The translations under genes and the position numbers were made by a program. A stretch of DNA of 64,000 nt, taken from NCBI GenBank assembly GCA_002269645.1, contig NIVC01000386.1, forward strand, positions 62,001 to 126,000, in the 5' to 3' direction. Positions within the stretch are counted from its first letter, which is position 1; each line of letters opens with the position of its first letter. This document shows positions 54,901 through 64,000 of the stretch, piece after piece. A model generated the notes under the pieces. That model had not been told where the DNA came from and ran no database searches. It saw only the letters and a program-made list of their open reading frames with translations. The stretch is from Macrostomum lignano (Eukaryota).

Positions 54901-54944
54901 CTCCCGCTTGTCCCGCGCCCCCAGCCCCGCCCCGGACGGCTCAC

Positions 54945-55357
54945 ATCTGCATCGCCACGATCACCAGGTGCCACACGAAGTTGGCGTTGGCGAAGAACTC
55001 AAAGTAGTTGGAGAAAATGCAGAGCCAGCGCGAACCGTTCCAGGAATTGTGCGACTGCCGGCCGACGATCACCGGCACGGACAGCACCAGGAAGATGACG
55101 GCAGCCGCCGAGAACGAGGCCAGGATGGCGTTGGTCAGCGTCCGGAACGAGCTGTCCGTGGCGATGATGGCGAGCACGATGCCGTTGGAGGCGACGCCGA
55201 TGGCCAGGCAGGAGATGCAGATGACGGGCAGCGGGAAGCTGGAGCTGTGGCTCGGGCTGCTGGCCTTCATCGACTCGATGATCTCGCGCGGGGCAACGCA
55301 GAACTCGGTGGTGCCGAACACTGAGGAGGAATTGTCCAAGATGACGCACTCGTCCAT
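54945..55357 (-). CDS. Multi-exon rhodopsin-class peptide GPCR, exon 1 (N-terminus, TM1-TM3)
   Basis: IGVASNGIVLAII (TM1), TLTNAILASFS..LVLSVP (TM2), WNGSRWLCIFSNYFEFF..HLVIVAMQ (ECL1/TM3); donor AT|GTGAGC in phase 2 fits exon 2. Confidence 0.88.
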
Positions 55358-56043
55358 GGCGATGGGGCTAGCAGAAAAGTTGCTGTCTCAGCTGTTGCTA
55401 GGGGGGGGATTATCCAGTTAGTCTGTGCCGCGATCCATTATCCGGAGCGCTCAGTGCGCGGCCTCTTCAACAGCCGCTATGGCATTCGCATGCTTGGGGA
55501 GGTGGCAGGTCATCGCTGATTGGCTGAGGGGCTGCCATCAATAACCAGTCCCGGGGATCGGCAGCTTCCATCCGTGCAGCGACTGACCCGCATGCTGCCG
55601 TCAGCGAGTGCACTGCTGCTGCGTGGGTGACCAGCCAGTCCCTCTCCCCGTCTCTGTCACGTTTCCCATCGCTCGCCGCTACACTTTTTTCTGTCAGCCG
55701 TTGCTGGACCGAGGCGAATGCGGCCAACAATCACTCTGATTGTTGCTGGGCTTGTGACCTCTCCCAGCATCCCCTATCACTTCCATTATTTTTATCTTCC
55801 TAGATTCCATAGCTGGCTTCAGTTGCAACTGGCTCTGTACTCTCAATAGCAATCATCACTTTCTCCCATCTATAAAGTGCATGGTGTCTTTTTTGACAAT
55901 ATTTCTCTGTCTGATTTAAAGTTCTGATGCAGCAATGGGCTGATGCTTATAAAGCATTCTGCCAACTGTGTGTCAGCATCCCTTAGGGTAAATACTGAGC
56001 ATGCTCTGGAAATTTCCATGCAACCGATGAGCAGGTAGACAAG

Positions 56044-56762
56044 ACACTTCTGTCTTGATGGGTACATTGTCTATGGCTGCTTCTGCCTTGATGGGTACAT
56101 TGTCTATGGCCCAGAGTAGTTCTATGACAGTGACTGCTTCTGTCTTGATGGGTACATTGTCTATGGCCCAGAGTAGTTCTATGGCAGTGGCTGCTGCTGT
56201 CTTGATGGGTACATTGTCTATGGCCCAGAGTAGTTCTATGACAGTGACTGCTTCTGTCTTGATGGGTACATTGTCTATGGCTGCTTCTGCCTTGATGGGT
56301 ACATTGTCTATGGCCCAGAGTAGTTCTATGACAGTGACTGCTTCTGTCTTGATGGGTACATTGTCTATGGCTGCTTCTGCCTTGATGGGTACATTGTCTA
56401 TGGCCCAGAGTAGTTCTATGGCAGTGACTGCTTCTGTCTTGATGGGTACATTGTCTATGGCTGCTTCTGCCTTGATGGGTACATTGTCTATGGCCCAGAG
56501 TAGTTCTATGGCAGTGACTGCTTCTGTCTTGATGGATACACTGTCTATGGCTGCTGCTGTCTTGATGGGTACACTGTCTATGGCCCAGAGTAGTTCTATG
56601 GCAGTGGCTGCTTCTGCCTTGATGGATACACTGTCTATGGCTGCTGCTGTCTTGATGGGTACACTGTCTATGGCCCAGAGTAGTTCTATGGCAGTGACTG
56701 CTTCTGTCTTGATGGGTACATTGTCTATGGCCGAGAGTAGTTCTATGGCAGTGGCTGCTGCT
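56044..56762. repeat. Composite ~57-bp minisatellite (30- and 27-bp subunits)
   Basis: GTCTTGATGGGTACATTGTCTATGGCCCAGAGTAGTTCTATG... repeated. Confidence 0.94.
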
Positions 56763-57321
56763 GTAGTGAAGTGGATTCTTAACTTGAATGGCTCAGTTAT
56801 CAACCTGACTAACAGAATAAAAGAGCAACAAACGCAGGGGTAGCAGAGTAGACCAAGTCCCCCTCAGCCTGAGCTCCCTTAGCAGATTAGCGGCAATCGA
56901 TGCTCAGAGGGATTTCACCACCGAAGATAAGCAGACTATCGGTGGTCATCTGTGTTGCTCAAGTAGCAGTGGCCATTTGCTTAATTGCATTGCTGCTCAC
57001 CCCACTGCACCCAACACGGCTCCCAGACTTCCACCCGCCACTGCAGCGGCCACACAGTCTGTCCAAAGTGGTGAAAAACAAAATTAAAAAATTCTCTAAA
57101 TGGACCGTTTTGAATATCAAATTTCATTTTGCTTAAATACTGATGCGCCAGCAGTGTGAGCTCTGACCCCGGCCTCACCACCGCACCCAGCTTCTCTGAC
57201 TGGGCCTCTGGGCAGAGGGAACCGGATTTGACTGCATGACATCCTATGAGTGCATGTTCTCCTGAGCACATGACACCCACAGATAGACTCTGGCTATTTT
57301 ATGGAAGTCTCATCCAAATAC

Positions 57322-57662
57322 TTGTCCTCATTCTCATCCTCATCCTCATCCTCATCCTCATCCTTATCCTCATCCTCATCCTTATCCTTATCCTCATCCT
57401 CATCCTTATCCTCATCCTCATCCTCATCCTTATCCTTATCCTCATCCTCATCCTTATCCTCATCCTCATCCTCATCCTCATCCTCATCCTCATCCTCATC
57501 CTCATTCTCATCCTCATCCTCATCCTCATTTTACCCTCATCCTCATCCGCATCCTCATCCTCATCCTTATCCTGATCCTGATCCTCATCCTAATTCTCAT
57601 CCTCATTCTCATTCTCATCCTCATTCTCATTCTCATCCTCATCCTCATCCTCATCCTCATCC
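57322..57662. repeat. (CATCCT)n hexamer microsatellite
   Basis: Direct reading. Confidence 0.97.
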
Positions 57663-58516
57663 CCATGCCGGGAACTCCCACTACTCTACTCATTTTCCTT
57701 CGAGCCGAGCGCTCAAAGCTGCATCCTTGGCCACATCTCGCCGTACGGCCCGTCAGTTCGGATCCCAGCAGCTCCGATATCTCCCAGCCTCACCGCAGAT
57801 CTCGGGCCAATCCGCGCAGATCCCGCTCGACATCGCCGTGATGGTTGCCAGAAGAAGTTTCGCATCAGCTCCCTCCGAATTTGCCTCGGATCGCAGATTT
57901 GCCTTGGCAACTCAGTGCACTTTTGCAAGCTCAAATCGCTGGGCCGGATCGGCAGTTCGCAGCGGGGCGCCGCCCCATCCCCCAATTCGTCAGCATGGAG
58001 ATCTTCAACCAGAGTCCAGGAGGAGGCTACAGCCGACCTAGCATCAGCTTCCACTAGCTTCATCATCACTCCTGTTGCGGACTTCTGAGTTTCAGAGCAC
58101 CCACAAGTTTATCGAGAAAATTTTCCATGAAATGCTACCCAATGCTAAATTTTCATGAAGTTCCAGAGAATCTGCACTCCAGACTCTGCTTCTAGGTGGC
58201 CTTGGTTCTCAAACTCGCTTCCCTAACTCGCTTAAGTCACTCGCTGGGTTGCTAATTTCTTGTTGGACGAAACCGCACAGGCCAGGGGGAGAGAAATTCC
58301 TCGAACTCCGGGTTGTCAGGCCAGCTCAGATCGCTTGTTTATCCATCGTGTCAGCCGTTTCTCGCTCAACTGTTCGTCCGACTTTCTCTTTGATATTGTG
58401 CACTGGAGTCCTGTCTCTGCTTTTGTGACTCCGTTTAGTGGAGCGGAATGGAATAGGGATGCCAGCTCAGGGCTTGGACTAGTTGAGAAGTTGCCAGCGA
58501 TAAGCGGGCTGGATAA

Positions 58517-59359
<843 letters not shown>

Positions 59360-59954
59360 TGAAGTTCTGTTGCGGTGTTGCCAGCAAGTACCCCTACTTA
59401 CACTGCTTAGACCATACTGGGAGCCAAGTCGCACATTGATTGATTCTTGACTTTATTTTTTCTGTAAATCATTTGAACGCCATTCATTTTCAACAGTATT
59501 GCAAGCCAGCTAGCAAAAACGCCTTCGCATGAATAAGCAGTGATTCAGTCTGCGACGGACATCCTTCTCACCAGTCACGCTCAGAACCCCAGTCAGCAAT
59601 CTCAAACTCAAAGCAGATAAACAAAGCAGCTTCTCTTTTGTCTTCGAAAAAAGTGAAAAGTGCACCGCCTCAGTTCCTTTCCACTGACTGCAGACAATGC
59701 AGTGTTTTTAACCATATGTGGCTGAGCGTGGGCGGTCCATGGTTCTAAATTAACAAGCCGAACTAAGGGTAGAGGCTGCACAGAGAGGGTCTTCTTAAAA
59801 GGAATTGCTCCCATCATTCAGGGGTATTACTCAGATCCTTCAGGAGAATTGCTTAGACAAAAAAGCCCAGATTCTTCAGGGTATTACTCAAATCCTTCAT
59901 GGTTGTTCACTCATATCCTTAAGGGTTGTTCACTCATATCCTTAAGGGTTGTTC

Positions 59955-60100
59955 ACTCATATCCTTCAGGGGTAGTACTCAAATACTTCAGGGGTAGTAC
60001 TCAAATCCTTCAGGGGTAGTACTCAAATACTTCAGGGGTAGTACTCAAATCCTTCAGGGGTAGTACTCAAATACTTCAGGGGTAGTACTCAAATCCTTCA
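59955..60100. repeat. 22-bp minisatellite (GGGGTAGTACTCAAATCCTTCA) with degenerate copies from ~59815
   Basis: Direct reading. Confidence 0.9.
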
Positions 60101-60591
60101 GGTTAGTTGCTCAGTAGGTACAGCAGAGTCAGTGCTTAGACCGCAAATGACTTCAGAAGAATTACTAAAAATGTCTTGTTCTGCGATTAAAGACGCAGAA
60201 CGGTCAGCCTATCTGCATCCTGGAATCCCCGTGGGTACACCGCCTCGGTAAAGCTGAGAGCGCAGCGCTGCAGCCACTCGCTCAGTCGGGTCGATGGCCG
60301 CCCGCTCTCCCTGTCTGTGACAGGCCTCCAGAGCCTCAAGCCTGAAGCAATCAATACTGAAGTGTATTTGCGGCGCCTAAAGAGTTCAGCCCGACTCGAG
60401 CTGCAAGATTAAGCACACAAATCTGACACTCGGGAAGCTGACCCGCCTGTCACCGAGTGCCGAGTTTTGATAAGCATTGAAAAACATGCCGGCCATTCAC
60501 TCTGCTTGAGCCTGCTGGCTAGCATGTCAGCAAGTACTTTACACTTACAGTTCGAAGCTGCTTGCTGCCTTTCATAACGGCTGGAGCATGC

Positions 60592-61327
60592 AGCACATCC
60601 ACATCCACATGCACATCCACATCCACATCCACATCCACATCCACATCCACATGCACATCCACATCCACATCCACATCCACATGCACATCCACATCCACAT
60701 CCACATCCACATCCACATCCACATCCACATCCACATCCACATCCACATCCACATCCACATCCACATCCACATCCACATCCACATCCACATCCACATCCAC
60801 ATCCACATCCACATCCACATGCACATGCACATGCACATGCACATGCACATCCACATCCACATCCACATCCACATCCACATCCACATCCACATCCACATCC
60901 ACATCCACATCCACATCCACATCCACATCCACATCCACATCCACATCCACATCCACATCCACATGCACATGCACATGCACATGCACATGCACATGCACAT
61001 CCACATCCACATCCACATCCACATCCACATCCACATCCACATCCACATCCACATCCACATCCACATCCACATCCACATCCACATCCACATCCACATCCAC
61101 ATCCACATCCACATCCACATCCACATCCACATCCACATCCACATCCACATCCACATCCACATCCACATCCACATCCACATCCACATCCACATCCACATCC
61201 ACATCCACATGCACATGCACATCCACATCCACATCCACATCCACATCCACATCCACATGCACATCCACATCCACATCCACATCCACATCCACATCCACAT
61301 CCACATCCACATCCACATCCACATCCA
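60592..61327. repeat. (CACATC/CACATG)n hexamer microsatellite
   Basis: Direct reading. Confidence 0.98.
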
Positions 61328-61944
61328 CAGAAGAGCCGCATGCACTGCACTCGCACCAGATGCCCCCTCAAGAAAGATGTGGAAACTTTCATTTTGACCT
61401 CGAATTCGTCAGCTTTCTCCGGCCGGAGGGGGTCCCCAGTGGCTGAGGGGTGGAGTCTAGCAGAATGGGCGACGCTCGCCTCCCCGCTGCGTCTTCGGAC
61501 CGCCCTGCAGCTAAGAGGGGCGGAGTCAGCCTGAAAGATCAGCGGAGTTACATGGAAGGTCGCAGCTCGAGGCCCCGGAGCCACAGCAACATGCAGCGGA
61601 TGTTTAGAAATGCTGGATCAAATTTGATGAGGCTGTCTATTTGCATAATTGTCTTCTGCAAGGCACTGCATCACCGTATGAATTTGCAGAAGGCTCGACA
61701 CATGCGTTCAGTGAAATGCAGTTACAGCCAGCCGATCAAAATGGCGTCAACAAGTGGAATGAACTGCGGTATTCACGAGTGTTATGCATTGTTATGCAAT
61801 TGAGCATGCATATTCGGTAGATACTACTGATGCTGAGATAAAGGTGTGACGTTTTGGGGAATATTTTTGGTATGATAAAATTGGAATTCGTCGAACTTTT
61901 ATTCGACTATAAATTGGAAGAGTAGACGGTGAGAATTCGCCATG

Positions 61945-62340
61945 AAGTGTGAGATTTGACTATTGCACCGTGAGATTTGACTATTACACCGTGAGATTTG
62001 ACTATTACACCGTGAGATTTGACTATTACACCGTGAGATTTGACTATTACACCGTGAGATTTGACTTTGTGACAGTGACAGTTGACTGTGACAGTGAGAT
62101 TTGACAATTAAACTGCGAGATTTGACTCTGTCACCATGAGATCTGACTATTACACCGTGAGATTTGACTTTGTGACCGTGACAGTTGACTGTGACTGAGA
62201 TTTGACAATTAAAACTGCGTAATTTGACAATTAGACTGTGAGATTTGAATACTAGACTGAGAGATTCGAATATTAGACTGAGAGATTTGACTATTAGACT
62301 GTGAGATTCGAATGCTAGACTGTGAGATTTGACAGTAATG
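61945..62340. repeat. 21-bp degenerate minisatellite (GTGAGATTTGACTATTACACC)
   Basis: Direct reading. Confidence 0.88.
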
Positions 62341-62770
62341 CTGAGATTTTACAATGAGAATTTTAGATTAGTGCATACGCGCTTGTAGCAGACCGAACTG
62401 TGGGAATGGAGCAGTGGACTTTAAGCTCGCACCGTGGGACAGTGAGGCTGCTCTATGAACCTATCCAAACCGAAGTGTGCAGTGACCCGGGCCAAAGCAA
62501 ACACGAAGTCCAGCAGACACTGAAAGCTGCGAGTTTGCTGCAGAGGTGACACCTAGCAAAGAAGAACCGATGCAGTGTCGCCAAACCCCAGAAATGCAAA
62601 CAGAGAAGACGCTAGATAAGGTGGGCCGGTGGCAGCGGCGCCTCCAGGCTCTGGCACTCACTACTTGTGAGTCATGTGACAGACTGAAGCAGGTTGGAGT
62701 GGAGAGCGCATTGGAATTCTGCGCACAACGGCGGAGTCCCGTGCAGACCCTGGCCCAGGCGGCAAACAGG

Positions 62771-63335
62771 CCAGGGCGCTTCCAGACACACAGAGAGAGT
62801 CAGAGGAAGAGTTGGCAAGCAGCTTCCCGGTTTTGCCAGGGCGCTTCCAGACACACAGAGAAAGTCAGGGGAAGAGTTGGCAAGCAGCTTCCCGGTTTTG
62901 CCAGGGCGCTTCCAGACACACAGAGAGAGTCAGAGGAAGAGTTGGCAAGCAGCTTCCCGGTTTTGCCAGGGCGCTTCCAGACACACAGAGAGTCAGAGGA
63001 AGAGTTGGCAAGCAGCTTCCCGGTTTTGCCAGGGCGCTTCCAGACACACAGAGAGTCAGAGGAAGAGTTGGCAAGCAGCTTCCCGGTTTTGCCAGGGCGC
63101 TTCCAGACACACAGAGAGAGTCAGAGGAAGAGTTGGCAAGCAGCTTCCCGGTTTTGCCAGGGCGCTTCCAGACACACAGAGAGTCAGAGGAAGAGTTGGC
63201 AAGCAGCTTCCCGGTTTTGCCAGGGCGCTTCCAGACACACAGAGAGTCAGAGGAAGAGTTGGCAAGCAGCTTCCCGGTTTTGCCAGGGCGCTTCCAGACA
63301 CACAGAGAGTCAGAGGAAGAGTTGGCCAGCAGCTT
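62771..63335. repeat. 63/65-bp minisatellite, about 9 copies
   Basis: CCAGGGCGCTTCCAGACACACAGAGAGTCAGAGGAAGAGTTGGCAAGCAGCTTCCCGGTTTTG; variable AG run. Confidence 0.95.
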
Positions 63336-63819
63336 CCCAGTTGCTTGGCTTTTCAATATTCTCTGGCATTCGAATCAGAGAATGCCCTCCAGCTGCGTGC
63401 CACTGGACGAGCGAGCTGCCAATAATCCCAGCGGGTTGGGTTTCCGCACGCGGGTCCTGACCAAAATCTATTTTTAATATCGATTTTTTCGTAGCCCCTC
63501 CTTCGTCGAGGTTCTTCTCAGAACTGGCAACGGCTGCGCAACTCCTGCAGAGGCGCTGCCGCAGTCTGCTGGCTGCCCCGACCAGCTGTCCCCGCGCCCC
63601 TGCCTGGAAACTGTCTCCCCGCAGTCTCACCCGCTCTCTCCGCTGTGGAAGCCCAGAAAAGGCAGATCAACTTCACGGGAAGGAGAGGATTCGAGCGCTG
63701 TTGCTATCCGCGCGGACACGCCCTGGATCTGAGATCGTGAGTTGCTTCTTCAACTGTTTTCTGCCTTTCCTGCCGTTGCTGCTGCACAGTGAGCTTGAGC
63801 ACAGTGAGCACAGTGAGAA

Positions 63820-64000
63820 TTGACTATGAGAATTGTCTATACGACAATGAGAATTGGCTATAGGACTATGAGAATTGGCTATAGGACTATGAGAATTGGC
63901 TATAGGACTATGAGACTTGGCTATAGGACTATGAGAATTGGCTATAGGACTATGAGAATTGGCTATAAGACTATGAGAATTGGCTATAGGACTATGAGAA
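63820..64000. repeat. 21-bp minisatellite (GAGAATTGGCTATAGGACTAT)
   Basis: Runs off the window end. Confidence 0.93.

Noticed and set aside
57713-58069. 118-aa minus-strand ORF
   Set aside because: Several frames look equally plausible and there is no domain or consistent splice structure.
62546-63630. Possible exons flanking the 63-bp array
   Set aside because: Open frames on both strands are largely explained by the repeat; no motif or phase-consistent model emerged.

Overview
Eukaryotic (metazoan) genomic DNA with GT-AG introns and GC3-rich exons. It is densely filled with micro- and minisatellites and resembles a repeat-rich invertebrate genome; a Macrostomum-like flatworm is my guess, by inference only. 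Most ORF-track entries are repeat artefacts. Genes I could reconstruct by hand: (1) a single-exon rhodopsin-class peptide GPCR (7272-8597,+); (2) a small orphan two-exon gene (15977-16425,+); (3) a gene of about 1,455 aa fusing about 24 ankyrin repeats, through in-phase introns, to a Mab-21/cGAS-like receptor (cGLR) nucleotidyltransferase with intact-looking catalytic residues (17854-~22500,+; two 1-nt frameshifts); (4) a stand-alone GAS2/GAR-domain protein (28162-26511,-); (5) two paralogous 4-TM genes, one nested antisense in the other's intron (29156-33152,+ and 31645-30595,-); (6) a six-exon atypical peptide GPCR (55357-37785,-) whose exon-4 start has been amplified into a 51-bp array. Mobile DNA: a 5'-truncated GIY-YIG Penelope-like (Neptune-type) retroelement between (TCTA)n arrays with a probable hammerhead ribozyme; a second, well-formed type I hammerhead next to interstitial TTAGGG repeats; and two tRNA-derived SINE copies.
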